64,000 nt of DNA from an uncultured Christensenella sp. (GTDB lineage: Bacteria > Bacillota > Clostridia > Christensenellales > UBA3700), in contig CAJTNA010000006.1 of the NCBI GenBank assembly GCA_910577845.1, forward strand, positions 6,625 to 70,624, read 5' to 3'. Shown here in pieces: positions 39,555 to 49,210 of this stretch. Numbering within the stretch: the first letter of the stretch is position 1; every line of letters begins with the position of its first letter. Position numbers and translations under genes: made by a program. The notes under the pieces are model-generated. The model worked only from the letters and a program-made list of their open reading frames with translations, ran no database searches and was not told where the DNA came from.

Positions 39555-39886
39555 ATATGGCTCGCCGTAGGCAAATTATGCCAAATTTACGGTGTAACTT
39601 TTTAATTAAATAGCTATAAACTCGCTTGAAATTACTTAGGTTGAAGTAAGCTTAGGCGAGCAGTCTAGGAGTATTTGTAGGTGTGATACATACGCTTAGA
39701 CAGCGGGAATTTTGTGGAAAGTTATCGCAGTTAGAGTGTCAGTTATAAGCTTGTATTTATTAGGCTTAAGATTGGGGCTGTAAGTGAGGTATCTAAGGAA
39801 ATAAAGTGACCGCACGCATATAATGGGTATCCTTCAGGGGTTGCGGGAGCTCATCCGATTTTATAATTTTTAAGGAGGTAGATAGA
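39555..39886 (+). promoter_or_regulatory. long (~330 nt), comparatively GC-rich, structured 5' leader of rpsL
   Basis: Lies between the promoter and the rpsL ATG. Nested helices are visible: GCTCGCC (39561-39567) with GGCGAGC (~39654-39660), enclosing CCGTA-GGCA-loop-TGCC-..-TACGG and TTACTT-AGGTTG-AAGTAA. No ORF. Confidence 0.4.
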
Positions 39887-40258
39887 ATGCCAACTATTAA
39901 CCAATTAATTAGGCAAGGTAGAAAAGATAAGGTATCAAAGAGCAATTCACCAATTATGGATGCAAATCCTCAAAAACGTGGTGTATGTCTTTCTGTTACT
40001 ACAACTTCTCCAAAAAAGCCAAACTCAGCTTTGCGTAAAATTGCAAGGGTACGTCTTGTAAATGGTCAAGAAGGTACAATTTATATTCCAGGTATTGGAC
40101 ACAATTTGCAAGAGCATAGCGTGGTTTTAATTCGTGGTGGTAGGGTTAGAGATTTGCCAGGTGTCAGATATCACATTATCCGTGGTACATTAGATGCTTC
40201 TGGTGTAGCTAATCGTAAACAAGCTAGGTCTAAATATGGTGCAAAACGCCCTAAATAA
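39887..40258 (+). CDS. rpsL: 30S ribosomal protein S12
   Basis: 123 aa. [13 protein letters not shown]... and [10 protein letters not shown] motifs. Confidence 0.97.
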   Translation: MPTINQLIRQGRKDKVSKSNSPIMDANPQKRGVCLSVTTTSPKKPNSALRKIARVRLVNGQEGTIYIPGIGHNLQEHSVVLIRGGRVRDLPGVRYHIIRGTLDASGVANRKQARSKYGAKRPK

Positions 40259-40346
40259 GTCTAGTAATCGGATGTTTTAAAGCAACTTTGACTGCTTTGC
40301 TTTTGTGATTTTTAGGCAGTCGTAATATTAATGGAGGTAAAAAATT

Positions 40347-40817
40347 ATGCCAAGAAGAAGTGGTGTTATAAAAAGAGACGTTCTTCCAGACCCAATTTAT
40401 GGTAGCAAGGTTATTACAAAGTTAATCAACCAAGTTATGCTTGATGGTAAAAGAGGAACTGCTCAAAATATAGTATATGGTGCTTTTGAAATCATTAAAA
40501 ACAAAATGAATCAAGACCCAATGGAGGTTTTTGAGCAAGCACTAGAAAATGTAAAGCCTGTTTTGGAAGTTAAAGCACGCCGTGTAGGTGGTTCAACTTA
40601 CCAAGTTCCAATGGAAATTAGGGCTGAAAGAAGACAAACTCTTGCTATTCGTTGGATTGTTCTTTTTGCTAGAAAGAGAAATGAGAAAACTACAGTTGAG
40701 AGACTTGCTGGCGAACTAATGGATGCTTACAACAACTCTGGTAACTCTGTGAAGAAAAAAGATGATATGCACAGAATGGCTGAGGCAAACAAAGCATTCG
40801 CACATTATCGTTGGTAA
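40347..40817 (+). CDS. rpsG: 30S ribosomal protein S7
   Basis: 156 aa. [20 protein letters not shown]... is the canonical S7. Confidence 0.97.
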   Translation: MPRRSGVIKRDVLPDPIYGSKVITKLINQVMLDGKRGTAQNIVYGAFEIIKNKMNQDPMEVFEQALENVKPVLEVKARRVGGSTYQVPMEIRAERRQTLAIRWIVLFARKRNEKTTVERLAGELMDAYNNSGNSVKKKDDMHRMAEANKAFAHYRW

Positions 40818-40844
40818 TTGTAATTTGATTTTTAGGAGGGCGTT

Positions 40845-42929
40845 ATGCCAAGAGAATTTTCGTTGGAAAATACAAGAAATATAGGTATTATGGCTCATAT
40901 TGATGCTGGTAAAACTACTACATCAGAGCGTATTTTGTACTATACTGGCCGTGTTCACAAGATTGGTGAAACACACGATGGTTCTGCAACTATGGACTGG
41001 ATGGTACAAGAGCAAGAGCGTGGTATTACTATCACATCTGCAGCTACATCTACTCAATGGCGTGGTACTCGAATCAACCTTATTGATACTCCAGGACACG
41101 TTGACTTTACTGTAGAGGTTGAGAGAAGCTTACGTGTACTTGATGGTGCTGTTGCATTGTTCTGTGCAAAATCTGGTGTTGAGCCACAATCTGAAACTGT
41201 ATGGCGTCAAGCTACTAAATATGGTGTTCCTCGTATTGCTTTTGTTAACAAAATGGACCGTCAAGGTGCTGACTTTGCTAACGTAGTGCAAATGATGAAA
41301 GACCGTTTGAAAGCTAATGCTGTGCCAGTTCAATTACCAATTGGTAAAGAGGATAACTTTATCGGTCAAGTTGACATTATTGAAATGAAAGCTGTCATTT
41401 ATGCAAAAGATGATAAAGATGGTTCTAAATTTGATATTGTTGATATCCCTAGTGATATGCTAGAAGAGGCTAAAACAGCAAGAGAGTTACTTATCGAGTC
41501 AATCTCTGACTATGATGAGGAAATTATGGTGAAATTCCTTGAGGGGGAGGATATCTCAGCTGAGGAAATTAAAGTTGCTTTACGTAAAGCTACAATTGAT
41601 ATGGCAATCACTCCAGTTTTATGCGGTAGTGCTTATCGTAACAAAGGTGTACAAGCTTTAATGGACGCAATCGTTGATTATCTTCCATCACCTCTTGACG
41701 TACCACACATTAAAGGTACTAACCCAGACAATGGTAATGAAGAGGAAAGAATTTCTTCTGATGACGAGCCAATGGCAGGTCTTGCATTCAAAATCGTTGC
41801 TGACCCGTATGGTAAACTTGCATTCTTTAGATTGTATAGTGGTAAGTTAACAAGCGGTTCATATGTATATAATGCTTCTAAAGGTAAAAAAGAGCGTATT
41901 GGTCGTATTGTACGTATGCACTCTAACTCTAGAACTGAGGTTGATGAGGTGTTCGCAGGTGATATCGTTGCTATTGTTGGTCTAAAAGATACTACAACTG
42001 GTGATACTTTGTGTGACCCAGACCACCCAATTCATTTGGAAAGTATGGATTTCCCAGAGCCAGTTATTAAGGTAGCTATTGAGCCTAAGACTAAAGCTGG
42101 TCAAGAGAAAATGGGTATGGCTTTGGTTAAACTTGCAGAGGAAGACCCAACTTTCAAAACTTATACTGACCAAGAAACTGGACAAACAATTATTGCTGGT
42201 ATGGGTGAGTTGCACTTGGAAATTATCGTTGATAGATTGTTGCGTGAGTTTAAAGTTGAGGCTAACGTAGGTCAACCACAAGTTGCTTATCGTGAAACTA
42301 TTCGTAACACTGTTGATGCTGAAGGTAAGTTCATTCGTCAGTCTGGTGGTTCAGGACAATATGGTCACTGCCGTATCACTATGATGCCAGGCGAAGCTGG
42401 TTCAGGTGTAGTTATTGAGGATAAGACTGTTGGTGGTTCAATCCCTAAGGAATATATCCCAGCTGTTGACAAGGGTATCCGTGAGGCTGCTTTGAGTGGT
42501 ATTTTAGCTGGTTATGAGCTAGTTGACTTTAAAGTTACTATCAATGATGGTTCATACCACGATGTAGACTCTTCAGAACTTGCATTTAAGATTGCTGGTA
42601 GTATGGCATTCAAAGATGGTGCTAAAAAGGCTAACCCAGTATTGCTAGAGCCTATTATGGCTGTAGACGTTGTTACTCCAGATGAATATCTAGGTGATGT
42701 AATTGGTACTATCAACGGACGCCGTGGTAGCATTAAGACTATGGAAATGAGAGGTGGCGACCAAGCAATTTCTGCAGAAGTTCCACTAAGCGAAATGTTT
42801 GGTTATGCAACTGTACTTCGTTCAACATCTCAAGGTAGAGCAGGATTCTCAATGCAATTCTCTCATTATGCTGAAGTTCCAAGAAGCGTTGCTGAGAAAA
42901 TTATTGGTGAAAGAAATAAAGATAAATAA
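40845..42929 (+). CDS. fusA: elongation factor G
   Basis: 694 aa. G1 [21 protein letters not shown]. Confidence 0.97.
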   Translation: MPREFSLENTRNIGIMAHIDAGKTTTSERILYYTGRVHKIGETHDGSATMDWMVQEQERGITITSAATSTQWRGTRINLIDTPGHVDFTVEVERSLRVLDGAVALFCAKSGVEPQSETVWRQATKYGVPRIAFVNKMDRQGADFANVVQMMKDRLKANAVPVQLPIGKEDNFIGQVDIIEMKAVIYAKDDKDGSKFDIVDIPSDMLEEAKTARELLIESISDYDEEIMVKFLEGEDISAEEIKVALRKATIDMAITPVLCGSAYRNKGVQALMDAIVDYLPSPLDVPHIKGTNPDNGNEEERISSDDEPMAGLAFKIVADPYGKLAFFRLYSGKLTSGSYVYNASKGKKERIGRIVRMHSNSRTEVDEVFAGDIVAIVGLKDTTTGDTLCDPDHPIHLESMDFPEPVIKVAIEPKTKAGQEKMGMALVKLAEEDPTFKTYTDQETGQTIIAGMGELHLEIIVDRLLREFKVEANVGQPQVAYRETIRNTVDAEGKFIRQSGGSGQYGHCRITMMPGEAGSGVVIEDKTVGGSIPKEYIPAVDKGIREAALSGILAGYELVDFKVTINDGSYHDVDSSELAFKIAGSMAFKDGAKKANPVLLEPIMAVDVVTPDEYLGDVIGTINGRRGSIKTMEMRGGDQAISAEVPLSEMFGYATVLRSTSQGRAGFSMQFSHYAEVPRSVAEKIIGERNKDK

Positions 42930-43181
42930 GATTACCTATTTACAAACTTGAAAAAAGGTGATATAATATCTTTATTAGCTAGTTTAAATTGGAAAAATTT
43001 GCTATGATACAAAAATATAAGTTGCTATAGCAATAAATGTAGTCAATTAACAATGTAAAGACAGCTTGACTTTATTTTGAAAAATTGCATAAGCTGATTT
43101 AAACAAAAATTTAACAATAACAATATATTATTGTACAAAAATAAAACATTATAAATTGAATTTTTTAGGAGGATTACAAAT

Positions 43182-44384
43182 ATGGCTAAAGCTAAATTTG
43201 AAAGAAACAAAACCCACGTTAATATCGGTACAATTGGTCACGTTGACCACGGTAAAACTACTCTTACAGCTGCTATCACTATGTATAGTGCTGCAAAGGG
43301 ATTTGCTGATGCAATGAAATACGATGAAATCGATAAAGCTCCAGAAGAGAGAGAGCGTGGTATTACAATTAACACTGCACACGTTGAGTATCAAACTGCT
43401 ACTCGTCACTATGCACACGTTGACTGCCCAGGACACGCAGACTATGTTAAGAATATGATTACTGGTGCTGCTCAAATGGATGGTGCTATCCTAGTTGTTG
43501 CTTCAACTGATGGTCCAATGCCTCAAACTCGTGAGCATATCTTGCTTGCTCGTCAAGTTGGTGTTCCTTACATCGTTGTATTTATGAACAAGACTGACTT
43601 AGTTGATGATGAAGAGTTGCTAGAGCTAGTTGAGATGGAAATCCGTGACCTACTTTCTGAGTATGGTTTCCCTGGCGATGACACTCCAATCATTAAAGGT
43701 TCTGCTTTCAAGGCTCTTGAGGCTGCTTCTAATGGTAAAGCTGATGACCCAGCTTGTGCTTGTATCGCTGAGCTTCTTGATGCTGTTGATGCTTATATCC
43801 CAGCTCCAGAGCGTGACACTGATAAGCCTTTCTTGATGCCAGTTGAGGACGTATTTACTATTACTGGTCGTGGTACTGTTGCTACTGGTAGAGTAGAGCG
43901 TGGTTGCATCAAAATGCAAGACCAAATCGAAATCGTTGGTATTAAAGACACTGTTAAGACAACTTGTACTGGTATTGAAATGTTTAGAAAGCTTCTTGAT
44001 GAGGCATTCGCTGGTGATAACGTTGGTCTATTGCTACGTGGTATCCAAAGAACAGATATCGAGCGTGGTCAAGTACTTGCTAAGCCAGGTTCAATTAACC
44101 CTCACACTTCTTTCGCATCTCAAGTATACGTATTGACAAAAGAAGAGGGTGGTCGTCATACTCCATTCTTTGATGGTTATCGTCCACAATTCTATTTCAG
44201 AACAACTGACGTTACTGGTTCAATCAAATTGCCAGCTGGTGTAGAAATGGTTATGCCTGGTGATAACATTGATATGAACATTGAGCTTATCACTCCAATC
44301 GCTATCGAAGAAGGTCTACGTTTCGCTATACGTGAAGGTGGTAGAACTGTAGGTTCAGGCGTAGTTGCTAAAATTATTAAATAA
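43182..44384 (+). CDS. tuf: elongation factor Tu
   Basis: 400 aa. [25 protein letters not shown]. Confidence 0.97.
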   Translation: MAKAKFERNKTHVNIGTIGHVDHGKTTLTAAITMYSAAKGFADAMKYDEIDKAPEERERGITINTAHVEYQTATRHYAHVDCPGHADYVKNMITGAAQMDGAILVVASTDGPMPQTREHILLARQVGVPYIVVFMNKTDLVDDEELLELVEMEIRDLLSEYGFPGDDTPIIKGSAFKALEAASNGKADDPACACIAELLDAVDAYIPAPERDTDKPFLMPVEDVFTITGRGTVATGRVERGCIKMQDQIEIVGIKDTVKTTCTGIEMFRKLLDEAFAGDNVGLLLRGIQRTDIERGQVLAKPGSINPHTSFASQVYVLTKEEGGRHTPFFDGYRPQFYFRTTDVTGSIKLPAGVEMVMPGDNIDMNIELITPIAIEEGLRFAIREGGRTVGSGVVAKIIK

Positions 44385-44456
44385 TTTAGACTAGCAAGAA
44401 TTTTTAAATTTTAAAATGATATTATCGGAAGTTGTCGCAAAGCGTGGCGAAGCCAC

Positions 44457-44565
44457 ATTTTGCAGTAACTGATGTTAATTCAAATTGTGTCGAGCTTGAT
44501 TTATCAAGCAAAAGCGTTAGCTTTGTTTAAATTTGAGTCTCTCAAATTTAACGACACGTAATTAA
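44457..44565 (+). repeat. ~110-nt intergenic repeat, copy B (downstream of tuf)
   Basis: ATTTTGCAGTAACTGATGTTAATTCAA...AAAAGCGTTAGCTTTGTTTAAATTTGAGTCTCTCAAATTTAACGACACGTAATTAA. Contains perfect hairpins GCTTGAT-TT-ATCAAGC and TTAAATTTGAG-TCT-CTCAAATTTAA. Confidence 0.65.
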
Positions 44566-44575
44566 TATTAAGCAA

Positions 44576-44612
44576 AAAGATGCTTTAGTTAATCTAAAGC
44601 ATCTTTTGTTTT
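44576..44612 (+). terminator. strong rho-independent terminator of the str operon
   Basis: 13-bp stem AAAGATGCTTTAG / CTAAAGCATCTTT, loop TTAAT, then TGTTTT. Confidence 0.8.
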
Positions 44613-44666
44613 AGAACAAAATAACCATAAGCAATGGTGGCGATAAAAAAAGCTTAAGCATAGGCA

Positions 44667-44695
44667 TTGAAAAACATAAATTTCCTTGATATAAT
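44667..44695 (+). promoter_or_regulatory. near-consensus extended -10 promoter with no obvious downstream gene
   Basis: TTGAAA (44667-44672), 17-nt spacer ending in TGA, TATAAT (44690-44695). It faces a ~850-nt AT-rich stretch without a credible ORF. Confidence 0.4.
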
Positions 44696-45496
44696 AAATG
44701 TTGTTCCGCCACATTTATAAAAACATTGAGTAAGAGTACTATTACTATTTTGCAATTTTAGTGAAAGAAAAAGCAAACAAAAAAGTTCGCCTTTTAACTT
44801 GATTACGTCACTTAGTAAAAGAGATTAATTCTTAAAATGTTTTCTATATTTCTGTTTCTAATCTGTAATTACTACAGAAAAATATTCTAAAAATATGCAA
44901 TTAAAATTATGAATATCTATTTTAGATGTTAAAATTATCCACACTTTATTTCTAGATATGATTATGTATAGTATCATTTTTACAAAAAAAAACGAATGCT
45001 TTGCCAAATTTTTTTTATCTATCCTCACTAAAATCTCTAGATATTTTGTGGTAAAAGAGCTTTGCCGTAAATTAAAAAACAATTTATATATATAGAAAGT
45101 GTGGCTGTACATTAAAGACTAGATATTTAATACAATGAATAAAATAAAAAGTTTTTCTTTTGATATTAGATATATTTAAAAAATAGTAAAAAAGAATTTA
45201 TAATTAATAAATGTATTAAAAAATATTGCGAATATATTATGAAATGTATATTGTTTGGAATTAATAGTTGTTTCAATTTGTTATTGTTAAATTTATTGAT
45301 ATAATAGTTATTAAAACTTTACACTATACAAAAATCTTTGACTTTTATCTTTATCATATTTAACAAAAAAGCAATAAAGAAAATATTACTTATTTAATAG
45401 GAATATTAACAATAATCAAATTGTGATTGTATACTTGATAGCTAATTGTGTTTATAACAAATCCATTTAATTAATTTAAAACAAGTAAAAAATAAA

Positions 45497-45542
45497 GAAA
45501 ATATAAGTTTACAAACCAATAGAATTATCTAGTGGTTTGTAA
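45497..45542 (-). terminator. probable terminator of the minus-strand GT8 operon
   Basis: 10-bp stem TTACAAACCA / TGGTTTGTAA, 18 nt past the GT8 stop. The minus-strand tail is T-rich (TATATTTTCTT). Confidence 0.5.
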
Positions 45543-45559
45543 TTTATCTATCATTTTGC

Positions 45560-46396
45560 TTAGTTTTCAATTATATCTTTGTAATCATTAGATAATTTTG
45601 TGTATTCCTCAAAGATGTCGTCAAAGCAGTAAATTTTTAATTTTTTATGTACTTTGTCAAACTGCCATTGCTTAACGTTATAAATGTGAAAGAATGGTAT
45701 CCATTTGATTCCTTTGTTAAAGTGTTTGATTATAGTATCTTTTTTAGGTAATCTTTGTTCATTAAATTTGCTATCCAAATATAAAATACTAGTTCTGCTA
45801 CGATAAAGGGAGGTTTGGTCTGGCATTTTGAACCATTTAGTGTTTATCAAATTTCTGCATTTTTCAAATAGATTATTTTCAATGCAAAGTTTTCTATTAA
45901 ATAATGCGACACCAGAATTAAAATAATCTTTTGCTATCCAAAATTTGCCCATATAGTCTAAAGCAACAGCAAACTCATAATTTGTCATATCTATATTAAA
46001 TAATTCTGCTATATCTCCACAAGCCATAGTATCACTATCAAGGTAAAGGAATTTGTCTGGCAGTTCCATTAAATCTGCAAGTAACCTCACTTGGGCATAT
46101 GGCGTATAATCGTTTTTTTGATTTTTTTCACTTATTGAACTTTTAAATAAATTGGTGATATCCATTAATTTAACACAGCTCATTTCATTTGTTTGCTTTA
46201 AAATATTTTCAAGCAAGCTTGCTTGTTCTTTTGTTATGCTCTTATAATTTGGTTTAAGCTCAGTAAAATCTAGGGTAGAAAGATAAATGGTTATAGGTTC
46301 CTTGCAGTGTTTTACAATTGACATACAAGAAAGCAGTATACCTTTAAATATGGCACTATTGCCAGAATACATAATATTAATCATTTTTATCCTCAT
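45560..46396 (-). CDS. glycosyltransferase family 8 (retaining, LgtC/RfaJ-like)
   Basis: 278 aa. Rossmann-like N-terminus (NIMYSGNSAIFKG), DxD motif in LYLDSDTMACGDI, and HFNKG..KPW-like C-terminal motif. The start overlaps the upstream gene by 20 nt, and an internal ATG is possible. Confidence 0.75.
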   Translation of the reverse strand: MRIKMINIMYSGNSAIFKGILLSCMSIVKHCKEPITIYLSTLDFTELKPNYKSITKEQASLLENILKQTNEMSCVKLMDITNLFKSSISEKNQKNDYTPYAQVRLLADLMELPDKFLYLDSDTMACGDIAELFNIDMTNYEFAVALDYMGKFWIAKDYFNSGVALFNRKLCIENNLFEKCRNLINTKWFKMPDQTSLYRSRTSILYLDSKFNEQRLPKKDTIIKHFNKGIKWIPFFHIYNVKQWQFDKVHKKLKIYCFDDIFEEYTKLSNDYKDIIEN

Positions 46397-47603
46397 TTAA
46401 TTCATTAGCATTGATATCTATTTTTGTAATTAAATTCACATCATTTTCTACATTTTCTGTTTCAAATTTGTCATTGTTACAGCTATTTGAATTGGTATCA
46501 TTAAAAACTATAGCTGGTGGCTCTAAAGCTAAAACTCTATGAGCTTTTTCAAATTTATTTGTACGTTTTTCCAATATTAAATAATTGATAAAACTTATAA
46601 ACATTAAGCCGTAATAGGTTAGTATTCGCCATAATAGCATACCACTTGCACCAATATCACTTGTTATTCCACTTGCTATAAACACAAAGATTGATGTAAA
46701 AGCAAACTCAATTCCGCCACTACCGCCTGGAGTAGGTACGAATACGCATCCAATTATAACAAATGCAGTGCCACACATTACAAATAAGAAGTCTTTATAT
46801 TGTACATTAATGTTGAATGACCGCAAAATATAAAAAGTTATTGCGTAATAAATCAACATAGTGATTGTCCTAATAAGAAAGCAGATTAATGCAGTAAGTT
46901 TATGTTTCCATAAAGCTTTAAAAGCGGTTTGTGTATCATTGCAATACTTTTGAAAAGCTGGAATTGCTGGTACAATAAATTTGTTTAGTACTTTTATTTT
47001 GCTTAGCAGTGTTAGTAGTTTTACTAAAAACTCAGCAACTCTTTTTGAGCAAGCTAGTAAAACTATCAATAAATAAGCTAAAATATTAACTGCAAAACCA
47101 ACAATTATTAGTGGCAATAAGTTTCCAACCGCTTGCAGTAATTGAGGGAAAATAATTACAGAAATTACAGCAAACAAATTGATAAAAGCCACATTTATTA
47201 GGTAGTTCATAATTAGTATACCAGTTGAGTCTGCTGGAGTAACATTTAATCTAGCGTAAGAGTATACTTGAAACGGTTGTCCACCAGTAGCAAAAGGTGT
47301 AATACCATTAAAAAAGTGTTCTGTATTTGCAATTAAATATGTGTCTAGCATACTAATATTACATTTATTGGTTTTTGTCAATATGCAAGTTGTTATTGGT
47401 GACAAAATAAAATATATAATAGTAAGACTAATTGCAACACATAAATTTGGTATATTTATATGCTTAAAAGCTTGCACTATATTTTTTGTGTCAGTAGTTA
47501 AAAAAATGATTAATAGCAAAATAAATATTGTGATTGCTAGTCCTAAAATTATTTTGCTTAATAAACTTTTAAAACTATATTTATTCTTTTTTTGTTTATC
47601 CAT
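46377..47603 (-). CDS. lysylphosphatidylglycerol-synthase-TM-region / flippase-like membrane protein (UPF0104), paralog A
   Basis: I prefer ATG 47603 (MDKQKKNKYSF), by parallel with paralog B, over the tracked 47633. About 8 TM helices. Motifs TPFATGGQPFQ and PTPGGSGGIEFAF. Confidence 0.7.
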   Translation of the reverse strand: MDKQKKNKYSFKSLLSKIILGLAITIFILLLIIFLTTDTKNIVQAFKHINIPNLCVAISLTIIYFILSPITTCILTKTNKCNISMLDTYLIANTEHFFNGITPFATGGQPFQVYSYARLNVTPADSTGILIMNYLINVAFINLFAVISVIIFPQLLQAVGNLLPLIIVGFAVNILAYLLIVLLACSKRVAEFLVKLLTLLSKIKVLNKFIVPAIPAFQKYCNDTQTAFKALWKHKLTALICFLIRTITMLIYYAITFYILRSFNINVQYKDFLFVMCGTAFVIIGCVFVPTPGGSGGIEFAFTSIFVFIASGITSDIGASGMLLWRILTYYGLMFISFINYLILEKRTNKFEKAHRVLALEPPAIVFNDTNSNSCNNDKFETENVENDVNLITKIDINANELNEDKND

Positions 47604-47664
47604 ATTATACCATATACTATAGTTAAGTGTCAATGTTAAATGTTTACTATATCTTATTATGTTT

Positions 47665-48945
47665 TTAATTAATAATTTTATTTTTTACATAAAGTGCGTT
47701 TTCTGGTATGTCGCAGTTTGCAATACTTTTAGGAGCTACTATAGCATTTTTGCCTATAATTAAATTGCTTTCAACAATTATGTGTTGATATTGAGTATAC
47801 TCATAAAAGCCTTGCTTGATTGACCAGTTCATAATTCGCTCTTTTGAAATAAGACTATGACCAGAAGAGAATAAAATACTATTGTCACCAATTTTGACAT
47901 TGCTCCCTATTTTAATATTACCGCCAATAAATACATTTTCGCCAATAGTAATATTGTCACCTAATTTTATTGTTCCAAGCAAATCAACATAAATGCCATT
48001 GCCAACAATCAAGTTTTTGCCGTGGTCTACAAATAATGTGTCAAGTATTTCTTGTTTTCTAACTATAGATGTAGTATCTAAGTTGTACTCAAAACATAGG
48101 GCTCTTGTTATGTCAATAAGGTATGCAAGCTTTTTATTCATTGAGTTAAACGGAACTCCATTAATAACATCTTTAAAAGCCTTTGGTATTTTTTTACCAC
48201 TAAATTTGCGGATAATATCAAATTGTTTGTCATTGTAATCAATGTTAATTTTTTTACTAAAATCAAATTTGTCTTTGTCTGTTATAGTTCGTATAACTTT
48301 GCAAGGTCTGCCAACTGCAAGCGAGTAGGGAGGAATACTATCTTTAACAATCGCACCTATACCAATAACACAATTTTTGCCAATATCAATATTACCATAA
48401 ATTTTAGTACCAGCACCTATCCAACAATTTTTATCTATTGAAATTTTGCTAAGTTTGGACAGCTTGCCATTATTTTGCAAAGCGTCTTCACCAATAACAA
48501 TATTAAATGCAAATATATTTGACTTTTTTATATCTACAAGTGAATAGGGGGTGAAAGTAATATTTTTATTGATAAAACCATAACCTTTTAAGTCAACCAA
48601 ACCAATTATAGCATTTATCCCTTCCTCAGCATATAGAATAAAGCCGTGGATAGGGAAAATTAGTTTAAGTATTCTAGATTTTTTAAAATAAAAGTTTAAA
48701 AATCTAAACAAGTTTAGTTTAAGATTTTTGCATTTACTTTTTTGTAACATTTCCTCTTTTAACACTAAATTATATTTATTGCATATATTTTTAGAGCATT
48801 GCAAAAGTCTTAAATAAGCAGAATCGTTGCTGTCAAAAAATTCGCCAGAATACATTTTTTTAATTTCAATTAAATCTTGATTTTTAAAGCCGAAATGTTT
48901 AATTAAATTTTTTATCTTTTTGTCAATCTTTCTTTTATCAGTCAA
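47665..48945 (-). CDS. fused tandem sugar O-acetyltransferase (two Mac-like N-domains, each followed by a hexapeptide left-handed beta-helix)
   Basis: 426 aa. TTG start with an AGAGGA RBS. First half ends CWIGAGTKIYGNIDIGKNCVIGIGAIVKDSIPPYSLAVGRPCKVIR. Second half contains LGDNITIGENVFIGGNIKIGSNVKIGDNSILFSSGH and IIGKNAIVAPKS. Confidence 0.7.
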   Translation of the reverse strand: MTDKRKIDKKIKNLIKHFGFKNQDLIEIKKMYSGEFFDSNDSAYLRLLQCSKNICNKYNLVLKEEMLQKSKCKNLKLNLFRFLNFYFKKSRILKLIFPIHGFILYAEEGINAIIGLVDLKGYGFINKNITFTPYSLVDIKKSNIFAFNIVIGEDALQNNGKLSKLSKISIDKNCWIGAGTKIYGNIDIGKNCVIGIGAIVKDSIPPYSLAVGRPCKVIRTITDKDKFDFSKKINIDYNDKQFDIIRKFSGKKIPKAFKDVINGVPFNSMNKKLAYLIDITRALCFEYNLDTTSIVRKQEILDTLFVDHGKNLIVGNGIYVDLLGTIKLGDNITIGENVFIGGNIKIGSNVKIGDNSILFSSGHSLISKERIMNWSIKQGFYEYTQYQHIIVESNLIIGKNAIVAPKSIANCDIPENALYVKNKIIN

Positions 48946-48998
48946 AATATTCCTCTAAGTTTCACATATATTTAATTTTTCATAGTTAAAACACTCTC

Positions 48999-49035
48999 AA
49001 AATGTTCATCAATTATATTAATTGATGAACATTTT
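48999..49035. promoter_or_regulatory. 37-bp perfect palindrome (operator candidate 1)
   Basis: AAAATGTTCATCAATTA-TAT-TAATTGATGAACATTTT, 17-nt arms. Sits ~55-90 nt upstream of the minus-strand acetyltransferase start. Confidence 0.65.
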
Positions 49036-49104
49036 TAAATTAAAAAGTAAATTTATCCAATAATTTTTGAAAAAATGTATAAAATTTATTAAAATACTAT
49101 TCAA

Positions 49105-49133
49105 TTGACAATAATAGGAATAATTGGTATAAT
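49105..49133 (+). promoter_or_regulatory. consensus sigma-A promoter
   Basis: TTGACA (49105-49110), exactly 17 nt, TATAAT (49128-49133). Confidence 0.65.
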
Positions 49134-49147
49134 AATATTGAACAAAA

Positions 49148-49176
49148 TGTTCATCAATTAATATAATTGATGAACA
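49148..49176. promoter_or_regulatory. 29-bp perfect palindrome (operator candidate 2)
   Basis: TGTTCATCAATTA-ATA-TAATTGATGAACA, the same arms as palindrome 1. Starts ~15 nt downstream of the -10, so around or just after the predicted TSS. Confidence 0.65.
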
Positions 49177-49210
49177 AATTTAGGCAGTTTTTGAAGTAAA
49201 ATTGGAAAAA

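Noticed and set aside
44858-45112. An 84-aa minus-strand ORF, the only tracked ORF in the 950-nt gap after the str operon.
   Set aside because: Low-complexity, AT-driven sequence rich in I, F, K and N. It has no Shine-Dalgarno and no recognisable family, so it is most likely spurious.
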